A DNA stretch of 64,000 nucleotides from Selaginella moellendorffii (Eukaryota > Plantae > Lycopodiophyta): positions 62,001 to 126,000 of the forward strand of contig NW_003314350.1 in NCBI RefSeq assembly GCF_000143415.4, read 5' to 3'. The position numbers and the translations under genes are program-made. A model generated the notes under the pieces. The model worked only from the letters and a program-made list of their open reading frames with translations, was not told where the DNA came from and ran no database searches. Positions 9,931 to 23,096 of the stretch are shown here, piece after piece. Position 1 is the stretch's first letter. Each line of letters begins with the position of its first letter.

Positions 9931-12895
9931 ATGGCGAGCGCGATGGCGGTGGATTTCTCCGCCGCCGCCGACGAGGAGGATGCGATCAACGAGCCTATCC
10001 TGGTGGGATCACTCATGGCCGAGGTGAGAGGTTTAGCACATCATCGCGGGAAGCTGTCCGGCGACGGGCTCGCGCAGCTCGTCCGCGATCCGACGAATCG
10101 TTTCGATACGAATGCGTTCCGGGTGATCAACGAGCGCGGCGAGCAAGTCGGGTACATCCAGAAGGAAAAGGCCAAGAGTCTAGCGCCGCTGGTGGACAAG
10201 GGGCTGGCGCAGCTCCAGTGTATCGGTGCTGGGAGTGGGAGCTCTAACAGGGTCTCGTGTGAGGTCTTCGTGTTTAGCTTGCCGGCGATGGTCGACGCTG
10301 TCCGGGATCATCTCGAGTACTATGGCGAGCAGCTGAGAAGTCCTTACGATCCTCCAGTTGATAATGTAGATGATGGTCGTGGTGGTGGTGGTAGCGATCA
10401 ACGAGTAGCAAATGGTAGTTCTTCAAGAGGTGGTGGTGGTAGCGACCAACGAGTAGCAAACGGTGCTAGTTCTTCAAGAGCTTCGACTAGTTCTTCCAGC
10501 AGAGCTTCGACGAGGCGTGATTATCGTGATCACCACCAGCAGCACCAAAGGCCTCCTCGTGATCAGCATCACCGAGTCGATCGGTCGTTAAGTGTAGCGG
10601 CGCCACCACCGGCCAGGAGAAAGTTGATGATGACTCCTCCGCCTCCTCCGCCTCCTCCTCCTCAAGCTCCAAAGGCTCCAAGCATCGATGATATCTTCGA
10701 GAGCATGACGGCTGGAGCAAAGATCCGGCAGCGCATGGAAGCTGACAACAGTGTCATCAAGTCCTCGTTGATGCAACACCAGAAGGAGGCTCTGGCTTGG
10801 ATGGTCCAGCGAGAAAACTCGTCAGCTCTTCCTCCATTCTGGGAGAAGAAAGGCACGACAATGTATACCAACACTCTGACCAACGTTACGTCCGCCAAGC
10901 GCCCCGAGTCTCTCCGGGGTGGGATCTTAGCTGACGATATGGGACTCGGGAAGACACTCACGGTTCTAGCGCTCATTGCCACCAACAAGCCCGGTGCTGT
11001 TCTTCCACCGATCGAAGACATCAAGGAGCCAGAGCAAAGTCAGGGTGGCGAGCCAGCCTCGAAGAAGCTCAAAACTTCCGATGACAAAGGAAAGGCAAAG
11101 ACAGCAGCTCCGGTGCCCGTTTCCAACGACGGACCTCCCTGTGTTCCAGCAGCCGATGGTCCTCGAGGAACTCTGGTGATTTGCCCGCTCTCGGTGCTCA
11201 GCAACTGGGAGTCGCAGCTAAAGGATCACACGTACCCCGCGGGGCTCAAAGTCCACAAGTATCACGGACCGAATCGCACCGCCAACGCCAGGATTCTTGC
11301 AGACTATGACATCGTTTTCACGACTTACAACATGCTTACCGAGAGAAATTCTCCTCTCAAGAAGGTCCACTGGCTGAGGCTGGTGCTGGACGAGGCTCAC
11401 ATTATCAAGAACCCGAGAGCGCAGCAAACCAAGAGTGCGGTGGCCTTGAATGCCGACCGGAGATGGGCCGTGACGGGCACTCCAATCCAGAACAGTGCCA
11501 AGGATCTCCTCAGTCTCATGCAGTTTTTGCATTTCGAGCCTCTCAACGAGCAGAGTTTCTGGACGAAGACTATACAGAAGCCACTGACGAGCGGCGAGCC
11601 TGTTGGATTCGCTCGGCTCCAGGTAAAGTTCCTTCTTTCCTTTCGTTTATAACCGGCGGTTTCAACCAATCATTCAGGGACTTATGTCTTCCATCTCGCT
11701 GAGGAGAACGAAAGAGACGAAGGTGAACGGCAAGAAGCTCGTTGACTTGCCTCCCAAGATCATCACAGTCTTCCCGGTGGATCTCAGCCCTGAAGATCGC
11801 AGTCTGTACGACAAGATGGAAAAAGATGGCAGGAATATGATCCGGCGCTTCCTGGACAACGGCACGGTGACGAAGAACTACGCCGTGGTGCTACAGATGA
11901 TTCTCCGGTTGCGTCAGATATGCGATCACACGAGTATGTGCCCGGCGGAAATCGTTAATATGAGCACTTCATCAGACACCGACACTCAAGGTATGCCTAT
12001 GATCAGAAAAAATAAAAGGGAAACTTGACTTTTCTGAAACTTTGCAGGAGCAGGACCGAAAGCGGCCAGTCCAGAGCTGCTGAAAAAAATGCTGGCCACG
12101 TTGGGCGATGATTTCGACTGTCCGATCTGCCTCGCTCCTCCTTCGGGAGCCGTGATCACATCCTGCGCTCACGTTTTCTGCCGCCGGTGCCTCGAGAAAG
12201 CACTGGAAGACGAGGACAAGCAGTGTCCAATGTGCCACGAGGAGTTGAGCGAGGACGATATCTTCTCTTCCGGGAAACCAGACGAGGAGGAAGATGAAGA
12301 GCTGTCCAACAAAAACGATGTCGAGGACGACGATGACAAAATCGACGTGAAAGGAGTGAAGCCGAGCGCCAAGATCAACGCGCTGGTATCTATGCTGGAG
12401 AAGACGAGAGCCAAGGATCCAAATATCAAGTCGGTGGTGTTCTCCCAGTTCTCCACGATGCTCAAGCTCATCGAGGGGCCACTCCAAAAGGCCGGCTTCA
12501 AGTTCGTCAAGCTCGAGGGCGGCATGAGCGCCAGCAAGAGGGAAGAAAACATGGAAGCGTTCAAGTCGACACGCAGTGGCTCGCCGACGGTGTTCCTTCT
12601 CAGCCTCAAGGCCGCTGGAGTGGGATTGAATCTGGTGACGGCGTCCAACGTGTTCATGATGGACCCGTGGTGGAATCCGGCGGTGGAGGAACAGGCCATG
12701 GATCGAGTTCACAGGCTGGGACAGACGAGAGACGTTCATGTGTTTCGGCTCATTGCCACGGACAGCATCGAGGAGAGGCTGCTCCAAGTCCAGGAGAAGA
12801 AGAGGGCGTACGCCCAGATCGCGCTGGGAAAGGAGGCGTCCGAGCAGCGGAAGAAGAAGTGCGTGGAAGAAGTGAAGCTGCTCATGAAGTGCTAG
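9931..12895 (+). CDS. HLTF/RAD5-type SNF2 helicase with HIRAN and RING domains (SMARCA3-like)
   Basis: HIRAN LVRDPTNRFDTNAFRV; GGILADDMGLGKT; LDEAH; TGTPIQN; RING CPIC...CAHVFC...CPMC; helicase C-terminal DPWWNP...QAMDRVHRLGQ. Confidence 0.95.
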
Positions 12896-13479
12896 ATCGC
12901 TGGCGAAAGAATTAAAATTGTTTGATTATTTTGTAGGTAAGATTTAAACAAACCAGTTTACTTTAGTTGACCATTATTGACCTGACTTCCAGGTTGCTTT
13001 AGGGGTCATTAAGACGAAAAAAGGCATTAATTTAATCTCTGCGTTTTATTTCCAAAGTTGCTATTCATCCTCACTTTTTGGTTTCTCGAGTGTGTTAAAG
13101 CCATCAACACAGAAAATAACCGAGCTCATGAATTCTCATAACAGGAGGAATTCCTACTGCTCTTTGCCTATCCCTCCCCAGAATCGCAAACCCCATGAAT
13201 CTTCTTTATTCCTTATTCCTTCAGGTCACGCTCTTGGGACGAGAGCCAGAGTCCACGCACTCAGAATTCGAGCGGCTTCTTCTATCCTGCGTCTCCAGGA
13301 AAGTTGTTAATCAACAACGCTCCAGCATCCGACGATCATCGCTAAATATCTGCTTTAAATGCTCCATCTACGTTGTTTGATGCCGACCACGCGAGGGGCT
13401 CGAGGAAACAAAAGTGGAAATTCAACTTTTAGTCTCTCTTCTCTTACACGTTTCGATTACAGGAGTTCTCTATCAGCCA

Positions 13480-15980
13480 TGGAAAAGGATAGAAACAATG
13501 GAGATGAAGGTCCAGGCCCCAGGCAGGCAGCTTCTGTGAGGATGTAGTACATCCGAGATCACCATACAGCTGAGACACGTGGTGACACGTGGTGGATCTG
13601 GACTCTCACCTGTATATGTGTAACAGTATGTATATAACGGTGATGATATCTGAGCGATAAAGTTTTTCTCTTCTTCCTTAGTTTTCAACATGGTATTGGA
13701 GCTCAGGGATTAAATTCTGGGCTGAATGGAGGAGGAAGAGGAGGAAGACGATGAGTGAGCGGCTGTGAATTGCAAATATCAAGATGGAGGTTTTCTTGCT
13801 TATTTTGTCTTGTGCAGGCAACCCTAAAATGGAGGCGGTTCTTGATCGAGACTGGCCTGGATTTGAATTGAGAGCTTGCAACACCGCTTGCTACTGCTGG
13901 AGACGATCTGATGCCCCTGCTGCTACAAGGGAAGGCTTCCTTGGGCTGGAGATTTGCTGATGCTGCCAAGAGGCTTCTCTTCTTCCTGGGAATTGCTGTG
14001 TGCAATGATGGAGATATCACATTTGAGTGGGGGACATGGAACAAGATGCTGGTTCCTGACAAGTCCTGATACAAACTGGGCTGTGTGCAAGTTTGGGTAC
14101 CTTGGAACATGCTGCTACTGTTGTTCAACACCACAAGATGCTGATTTCATGAGCTCAGCTTTTCTTGGCTAAGTGGGGGTGTGAGATAAATTCATAGTGG
14201 TTTAGCATTAGTTTCTTTTTTCTGATCCAGCCTTTGCACGCTGATCTCGGCTGAGTGGGGGTGTGAGGATGTAGTACATCCGAGATCACCATACAGCTGA
14301 GACACGTGGTGACATGTGGTGGATCTGGAGAGTCATGATTCTCACTTGTGTATGTATAGCAGTGATGATATCTGAGCGAGAATCTCTGATACCATGTTGG
14401 AAACTAAGGAAGAAGAGAAAAACTCTATTGCTCAGATATCATCACCACTATACATATACAGGTGAGAGTCGTGACTCTCCAGATCCACCACGTGTCACCA
14501 CATGTCTCAGCCATATGGTGATCTTAGATGTACTACATCCTCATCCGAGATCAGCATGCAAAGGCTGGATCAGGAAAAAGAAACTAATGCTAAACCACTG
14601 TGAATCTATCTCACTCCCCCACTTAGCCAAGAAAAGCTAAGCTCATGAAATTAGCATTTTGTGGTGTTGAACAACAGTAGCAGCACGTTCCAAGGTACCC
14701 AAGCTTGCACACAGCCCAGCTTGTATCAGGACCCGTCAGAACCAGCATCTTGTTCCATGTCCCCCACTCAAATGTGATCTCTCCATCAGCCTCAAGGCCC
14801 TTGCGCACAGCAATTCCCAGGAAGAAGAGAAGCCTCTTGGGAGCATCAGCAAATCTCCAGCCCAAGGAAGCCTTCCCTTGTAGCAGCAGGGGCATTAGAT
14901 CATCTCCAGCGGTAGCAAGCGGTGTTGCAAGCTTTCAATTCATATCCAGGCCAGTCTCGATCAAGAACTGCCTCCATTTTAGGGTTGCCTGTACAAGACA
15001 AAATAAACAAGAAAACCTCCATCTTGATATTTGCAATTCACAGCTGCTCCAGATCAGGGGGCTCATCGTCTTCCTCCTCTTCCTCCTCCATTCAGATATA
15101 ATCCCTGAGCTCCAATACCATGTTGAAAACTAAGGAAGAAGAGAAAAACTCTCTCACTCAAATATCATCACCGTTATACATACATAGGTGGGAGCCACGT
15201 GTCTCAGCTGTACGGTGATCTCGGATGTACTACATCCTCACAGCTTCACTTTGGAGAGGTTCATGGCAATCTTTTCATGCATTGCAACAGGGATTTAGAC
15301 ACAGGTTTTCTGCTCACTGTGCAGGAATGAAGGTCACGTCAGTGCAGCTACAACGCTCGTTGGCATTGGTCAAGGAATCACTCATCCACTTGAAGGATTT
15401 CCAAAGCTTCGGTGCATTGGTGTGCTTTCCTGTTTGATTCCTCTTTTAACGAAGCTTTGCATATCGCTCTGGGAGCACTAGTTTTCCAGTGGCCAAGGTG
15501 TTAAAACTGCTCAAGTGGAGTAGATCCATGTCGTCGTTGATGATGTTCCTGTGGGAACTTCGGGTGCTGAACTCGAACATCCAGGTCATTGTATGCTTAT
15601 CATGTTCGCCTTTCTTCGTCCTTACTGCTTCTTGTCTCTTTTTCAGGCTGAATATGTGGCGTATCTAACTGGTAGAGTAGAAGAAGATCGAAATGCAAGC
15701 AGCCTGTATCACCACACCGGCTGGGTGCCCATACTTTCTGCAAATCTCACTTTAGAGGAAATGTTGTAAAGCACAGATGAATTCGAGAAGTCTGAAGGCA
15801 GGTCACCATATAGAGAAATTCTCCCTAGCCTTGAACACGAGTTGCTACTTCCAGGGCTTGGGCCAGTGCTTGACACTGCATCGCTCATGTCAACGCTGCT
15901 TGTCCTAGTCCAGATTCTTGAATAGAACGAGGGAGATTCAACTGTGCTTGGGGCGAATACTTTGAGCGCCCCATGTTAAA
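13480..15980 (+). pseudogene. Unknown spliced gene remnant interrupted by the TRIM dimer
   Basis: Removing 13535-15242 and one TSD copy rejoins an open frame (...PRQAAS|LWRGSWQSF...). Downstream exon-like pieces contain in-frame stops. Confidence 0.35.
13535..15242. mobile_element. Tail-to-tail (palindromic) dimer of a TRIM-type non-autonomous LTR retroelement
   Basis: Left unit: LTR TG...CA 13535-13690, PBS TGGTATTGGAGC, internal region, PPT GAGTGGGGG, truncated LTR 14262-~14380. Inverted unit: PBS 14385-14394, LTR 14395-14543, internal region, PBS ending at 15120, LTR 15121-15242. TSD GCTTC at 13530-13534 and 15243-15247. Confidence 0.9.
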
Positions 15981-16198
15981 CGTTGGTGAGTCAACCAAAG
16001 GAGGCTATCAGTTTTTTGCCTTAGATTACCACTTGCAAAAAATCTAACAAAAAAGGAAAAATCTAACGTTTGCTGAATAAGCGCTTTGCTAAAGTTGGCA
16101 TGCAGCTAACCAAATAAGTTCTAAAGAGACCATACATAGGCAAAGCGACCATATAAACTAATCACCTTTCTAGACCTTAGGTTGATCGAGGCTGTGAT

Positions 16199-17548
16199 AT
16201 GAGGATCTCTTTGTTGACGTTAGTTTTTATTGTTTCTGTGGGACTTACCAAATCAAATGGCATGATCAAGAAGCCTCTGGTCATTCTCATATCTGTTGAT
16301 GGATTCAAATGGGGTTACCAGTTTAAGACGTCCACTCCAAACATTGACTTCATCAAGGAGAATGGTGTGGAAGCTTTTCCGGGTATGATTCCAGTGTTTC
16401 CCACAGTGACAATGCCAAATCACAATTCCATTGCTACTGGTACGTCATAAAAGATTTTCTTATTTGTTGGTAAATCAATTAATTTAAACAGGTTTGTATC
16501 CTGCATGGCACGGAATTATTGCCAATAGTTTCGTGGATCCATCAGACCCTTCATTTCCAAGGTTTAACGTCTCGTGGGCGGATCCAAGGTGGTGGCACGG
16601 AGAGCCTCTTTGGGAAACGGTAGTTAGGAATGGACTCAAGGCTGGAACTTATCTATGGCCGGGGAGTGAAGTTGTAAGAGGCCACTGGACTTGTCCTCAA
16701 GAGTACTGTGCTCGCCTTGCAAACTCATCTCTTGCCTTTGAGGACCGCATTGACTCCATTCTAAAGTTTGTGGACATGCCAGTTTCCAAGCGGCCAAGCT
16801 TCATTGCTGTTTACTTTGACAATCCGGATCACGCAGGGCATGCCTCGGGACCAGACTCGCAAGAGCTCACAGATGCTGTGAGCAACATTGACAAGATGGT
16901 TGGAAGACTCTTGGAAGGTCTGGAAGCGCGTGGGATACTCAATGATGTTCATATTATCATGGTTAGTGACCATGGCATGGTAATGAGCTGCGAGAGTAAG
17001 GTGATTTATCTTGAGGATTTGGCTCCATGGATCAGAATCCCTGATGAATGGTATGACTGGGTTGGAGCAGTAGTTGCATTGAGACCTCCAAGAGGTAATT
17101 TATGTGATAACTTTATTTTGACTCTTATTGACTAAGCTTTTGACCAGGTTTTGATGCAAAGCACATTGTGAAGAAGATGAACGAGGGATTGCAGTCAGGA
17201 AAGGTGAATAATGGACAGTTCCTCAAGGTTTTCCTCAAGGAAGATTTGCCAGAAAGGTTACATTTCTCACATGGCAAGTTTGGTCAACCTATCATTGGGT
17301 TGGCTTCAGAAAGCTATACTGTGAAGCTTGGGAGATCAACAAATAGTAGCTGTGGAGGTTTTCATGGTTATGACAATGCGTACTCCTCAATGCGGTCTGT
17401 TTTCTTTGCTCATGGTCCAAGATTTCCGAAACGAAAAGTGGCATCGTTCCCTAATGTGGAGATATATAACATAATCACCACAATTATAGGAATTCGAGGA
17501 GCCCCAAACAATGGAACACTGTCATTTGCTCCTGATATTTTGATTTGA
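16199..17548 (+). CDS. Secreted nucleotide pyrophosphatase/phosphodiesterase (type I phosphodiesterase, alkaline phosphatase superfamily), 3 exons
   Basis: Signal peptide; LISVDGF; PVFPTVTMPNHNSIATG; PDHAGH; SDHGM; GFHGYDN. Confidence 0.93.
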
Positions 17549-17640
17549 TATTCAAAAGGCATATATGTACTTCTTCAATTAGGCTATTAAGAAGAAAGAT
17601 TTGAGTACTCAAGGCTGTTGTAGCAAATGAACTTCTGTCA

Positions 17641-18996
17641 TCATTCGGGCTCTCTCCGCACTTTCCTATTGGAAGTGAAGTTGCAAATCTGCGTAATGTT
17701 CAGAGATGGATAAATGTATCGACCTGTGAGCAATGCCTTTGACAACTTCCGATAGAACGACTCAGTAAAGTGAACGCCATCCCAGCTGACGTACTCCGAA
17801 GGTTTCAAAGTGGTACCGTTTGGCTGGATAACTAGTCCGCATGGCTGAGTAACGTCAAAGTTATATTCCCCTCCATTCCCGCAACATGCTGATAGTTTAG
17901 TCTTGTTTTGGAATCCTGGAAAGACATAAATGAGTGTAATTACAACAACACCACATGATCTCACCATAAACTAGCGGTTTATCCAGGACATCCAAAGTGA
18001 ATTTGTAAGCATCTGCATAAAGAAGATGAAATCCCGTCCTGTTCTTTTGCAAGACTTGGATTTCATCATACAACTGCTTGTTGAACGCTTCCGCAACTTG
18101 GTTAAAAGGAAGAAGACAACCCCGAGAGTCCTTTGGCATATATTTTCCAAATACGCTCAGCAATACCGGCATGCAGCCGTGAGGGAACGTGCTGAAGACC
18201 AACAAGTTTTGTGCGCCATGCTCATGGAGACTCTATTAAAGGGTTTAGAACAACCTCAAGACTGAATGCAAATTTGTGTACCTGTAATGCGTGAGAGATG
18301 GCTCTCACAACGAATGGAACAACCTCAGCTGTTACATTCTCAGGGCTTCTATGCTCCAACAAGTAGGAATTGAGAAGGTCGTTAGTACTTATGACAACCG
18401 CATACAGAGCAGTCTTTAGATGATGATAATAAGGAACTAGCTTTTGCATCCCTACAGAGGAAACTATGAATGACACTACCTTTGCAAAGTCTGAGAAGAA
18501 TCATTACCTTTACCATGTCCGCTGTCGTAAGCATCCTGCTTGAACCTCAGAAACTGGTCAATCTGAACCGGAAGGTACAGTGGGACTTCGAAGCTGGTGT
18601 TCAAAGCAGTCGCTCCAGAGACCGCAAAATTCACCCCGTTGGCATAATTCGAGTTAATACTTTGCAAAATGGGATCCAGGAATCTATCATACTCAAAAGC
18701 CTCCGCTGCAAAAACATACACGAATAACATCAAATGCTGTTTAATCAACGCACACAATTACCAAAGAAGTCGACAACCAAGCGACCATCCGAGTATCTCT
18801 TCGATGGCTTACTGAAGAAAGTCATGCCATAAGGCTTATACTCTGCGGCACTAATAAACGGAGCTGCTGCTTGAACATTCCCTGTATCGACAATAGAATC
18901 CCCGAACCAGAACATGGCTTTTGGACACTGGAAACCCAAGCCTGGAGCAAATAACTCAGCAATCACTAGAACTGCCGCTATTGACAAGAACTCCAT
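17641..18996 (-). CDS. GDSL esterase/lipase
   Basis: Signal peptide; FGDSIVDTGN; RYSDGRLVVDF; GVNFAVSGATA; WDGVHFTE. Confidence 0.93.
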
Positions 18997-19605
18997 GATA
19001 ATCAATTGTTGAGCGAGCAGAATGTCGACTTGATGCCGCTGATCTTTTCTGGAGCTGCAGAAACGATGTGATCGTTGTCTTAAAACTCGAAGATTAACCT
19101 TGGTTCTGTGGACGACCACCTGGACTACTACTTTGTCGCGTATAATGACGAACTTTCTAGTTTCCCGATTTCATTTTATGTTTAAACAAACAAAACTTTA
19201 GTACAGTTTATTGCTCGTGGTGATTCGCCATGCTGCAGTTTGAAACATGTCAAAAGATGAAAGCAATCAAGCAAGCACTCACTCACCATTGTCTTCTTGC
19301 TCGGATCACTGGCTGGTTCTATGGCCGTTTCGATGCTCACGCTTAATCGCCCATAACGTAGTTGATCAGCAGTCAAACCCTCGAAGTCCCGATCCAGGTC
19401 CTGCCTACTTCCCGCAACTCGGCAAATCACTGAGCTTGAGCCTCTTTACACTCATAGCACTTAACGGAAGAACACAAAAATAGTGTACGACAAAGTGGTA
19501 CGGATAACATACGGATTGTACGTAATGTGGTCAAGATCGGACGGCTATCACCGACGCGGGAATTTGAGATCAATCGTTCGAGGCGTCTCTGGAGAGAAAT
19601 GGAAA

Positions 19606-20137
19606 TCACGCTTCTCCAGCCGCGGGCGCTTCCACAGTGATGGCATAGCATCCGGGAAGGAGCCTTTCTGCGAGAGAGAAAGAGAGAGAGAAGGAATGAG
19701 AAAGGAGCGATGGAATCGAGAAAGGCGAGAGCTTTATACCGATCCTCATCCACTTCGCGACCCAGCTCTGGCTGGAATCCATGATCGACACGACGCTGAG
19801 CAAAGATTTGGCGACATTGAGCAAGAAAGAGAAAAGAATCGAAATATTTTCCTTTCCTTACCCGGTGAAGAGGGAAGTGGTGCTCTCCTCCACGCTCCCG
19901 AAGAAATTCCCGCAGTTCTCACAGCCGTCCGTCGCGAACTGCGCAGTGGCATCGGGTCGATCGATCGATCGCTCGGCAAAGAAAGAGAGACGATCGACAA
20001 AGAACCTGGAGCTGCGATTTCACCAAATGGCAGCCAAGACAGGCGACGTAGGACGATTTCTTGCCGGATGGGAGCCCGGCGGACAGCGAAAGCGGCAGCT
20101 GAGCGACTGGAAGAATCGACCGCGACGTAGCTCCCAT
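19606..20137 (-). CDS. SPT4: Transcription elongation factor SPT4, 4 exons
   Basis: Spliced product ...ACLGCHLVKSQLQ|FATDGCENCGNFFGSVEESTTSLFTG|VVSIMDSSQSWVAKWMRI|ERLLPGCYAITV; both Zn-binding CxxC pairs and the SWVAKW motif are present. Confidence 0.9.
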
Positions 20138-20411
20138 TTCCGGTGCTCTGTCTTGGAAGAACCCTAAAACTGTGGGCTTTGTCTCTGTCTAGTTAACGGA
20201 GTCTGTGAGACTAACCGACAACCAGAGCGTTTCTAGGGTTGGATGGATCTGTGATCTGTGATGCGGAGCGTTGGAGAGTGCCGCATTCCTGTGAGCGCTG
20301 CGAATTTCGCGACGGTTGTGGATGATCCAGCTCGGGAGAGCTCGCATTTGATGCTATCTGGAGGAGAGATTTCCAGCTTCGGCGGTGGCGGCGGCGGTGG
20401 CGTTGGCAGGC

Positions 20412-22911
20412 ATGGCGAATGGATTCCACGCGCTATGGGAGCCACCAGGTAGTGCACAGATCTCGCAGAATGGAGGCCACGCCAAGGGAATCCATTCTTC
20501 TTCTTTCTCTTCGTCCATTCGCAAGCCGCTTCCATTGTCCTTGTTTGGAGAGCAAGACGATGAGGACGAGGAGGGGCAAGGAAAAGAGGAAGAATTCATC
20601 GCTGCTGATCGAGGAGGAGGAGGAGAAGATGGAGAAGAAGAAGAAGAAGAATTTGGAGAATTCGAGTCAGTGGCGACGCACATTGGCGAGCAGAATGGGA
20701 ATCGCGTGGAACAAGAGAGAATAGAGAAATCACAGGAGAATGGTTTTGGAGATTTGGAAGCGCACACTCCAGAGGAAAAGATCTCGAATGGCTGGGGTTC
20801 CACGGTTCCAACCAGCGAGCTGATGCTAGCGATGCATGGTATTCGCAGCGATCGTCAAGTCCCTCTCCACGTCCCAGCTCCGTCAACTCTACTTCCAGAT
20901 CTCCACGTCCCAGCTCCATCGATCCTACTTCCACATCTCCAGTTCCCAGCTCCATCAACTCTACTTCCAGAGACCACTTCCAACGATGATGAATGGGGAG
21001 AGTTTGCGGAGCCTTCCGTTTTAAAAGGTGGTGGTGCACAGGTTGGGCTCGTCGATCTTATCTCTATGTCCGACGATCAAGAATCTCTCGGGAAACCAAG
21101 CACGGTGGCAAAGGATTTATTCTGGAGTCCAGGTGTGGAGCAAGCTTTTCCACCTTCATTGCTGGATTCACAACAAGAGGTTCTTCCAGTCGATGCTGAT
21201 ACTGCCATCTTCAGTAGCGAGATCGCTCTAGAGAAACACGAACAGTCCAAACTCACTGGCTGGGATCTGGATGAATCTCGGTGGGGTGAGAAGCAAAGCA
21301 CCGTGGAGAACTCGCCACCGGATTTCTTCTTGGAGAATGGTAACAGTGCGGGCTTTGAGCATGACGCTTCACTGTCGTTGCTGGATGCACAGCCGGATGT
21401 TCTGCCAGTCGAGAAGGATTTGGACGCTGCCAACTTGATCACTCCAGACGGGTCGAAACTCGAAACCACGGTGGAGAAGGATTTTTTCTGGGATAGTAGC
21501 AGTGAAGTTCCTCCATCGTTGCTGGATTCGCAACAGGATGTGCCAGTGGAAATCGATGGCTTCGAGCTCGCAGATGATCGCAGCTGGGCTTTCAGTGCTG
21601 CGACGCTGGAGAGCAGCGGCTATTCTCGATCAGTCAGCCTCCCAGCTCCGAAAGCCGACGTGAGCTTTCCAGGCGACATTCTCTCCGGCGACGTAACGTC
21701 CACTGGCATCTCTCACCGCCGGAGCCACAGCCATGGAGGCTTCCATCCCAGCTTTACTGCCATAGACGAGTGGTCATCGTTCGAGGAGTTTGCCACTTCC
21801 ATCGGGCCTCGCAATGCTTCGCCCAAAGGTTTGCTGCCATCTTTCGTTCGTCATATCTGGAAACACTAACATCGATCATTCCAGAGATTGTGGAGGAGCA
21901 CGAGGAGCAAAGTTTGTGGGACACAAGCCCAGCTCTAAATGCATTACAAGATAATGCACTCGCAACAACGAACAGTGATCTTATGGATTTGCTTTCGCTC
22001 GACTGGGATTCAAAGGCAGTCCTGGCAGCGACTGCCACTGACGAGGTAGGTTTTTTCCCTGCTATGCAGTAGAACGTAAAGGATGCATAGCTAAAACAAT
22101 CGTTCCAGTTCGTCGTTCCAATGCATCATTCAAGATAGCTGTGTCTGTTTTCTACGTATGCTCTTGCAGGCATGATAATTTAACTCCTATCCTTCAGGCA
22201 CAACCAAACGCAGCAGACATGGAAGAAGGGATGAAGCCGAAGTACCTCAAATCGTGGACTCTTCTCGCCCGTGCTTGTGCCACCGAGTTAAAACTCGGCC
22301 TTGGCATCTGGAACGATGCCGTGTCCCGTGGCTGTTCTACGCGACTCGTCTCCACCGAGCAAGGTTGTACGAATCTAGGAGCGAAAGTTTTCCTGCGAAA
22401 GTAGCCACTGGTTAACTAACTTTCAGCTGAAACAGGTGAAAACTACTTCACTGCCCTCGTACACATTTACCGGGTTTTTCGCCTCCTGGGTGCCTCGGCG
22501 GAGCTCTACGCGTCGTGGCTTCTTCCCGGGATTTGTGAGGAGCTCGCGCTGGCCATGGACGAGTCCCGGCTGGCCTGGACTAGGCTCGAGAGCGTGGTGG
22601 AGCTCCTTGATTCGAGGACGAGCTTGACAAGATTGGAGGAGTGTCTTCGTTGCTTGCCATCGTCGCCACAGGCACCATCGTCGCCATCATCGTGCTGTGC
22701 GTTGTCTCTCTTGCGTTTCGACTCTTTTCCAGGTGAGTTGTCGAGGCTTTTCCATTTCTCTTGGATCCGTGCAGTTCGTCGATTGACTCGTGTAGCTTCT
22801 CTAGACGTGCCACTCGTTGTCTGGGACGACAGCACATATTTTTTACCCGTCGCCAATCTCTGGGCCAACCGCGTGTCCCGAATCTCTCCTGTGGCTTACT
22901 TTAGTGGATGA
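20412..22911 (+). CDS. Large acidic, repetitive plant protein of unknown function with a conserved C-terminal domain (possibly synergin-gamma-like)
   Basis: PLPLSLFGE, FGEF and WGEF motifs; C-terminal CALSLL...VVW...YFLPVANLWANRVS; multi-exon GT-AG structure. Confidence 0.7.
20864..20972 (+). repeat. Coding 36-bp tandem repeat x3 (LHVPAPSTLLPD)
   Basis: CTCCACGTCCCAGCTCC...CTACTTCCA recurs three times in frame. Confidence 0.85.
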
Positions 22912-23096
22912 AGGACGACGACACTGCCAAGAGCTTCCCGTGGGATTGCGTTTACGTGGTTTGTAGAGTTACTTGTTTAAAAGCGGCCGCCGCAATGTAC
23001 AAGAGGTTCCCGACAACTACCAAAGAAAGATCTTAAATATCTTCCTAGAGAAATAGACCAGCAAGAAAACGAACCTAGAAGGCATAGCCGCTTGCG

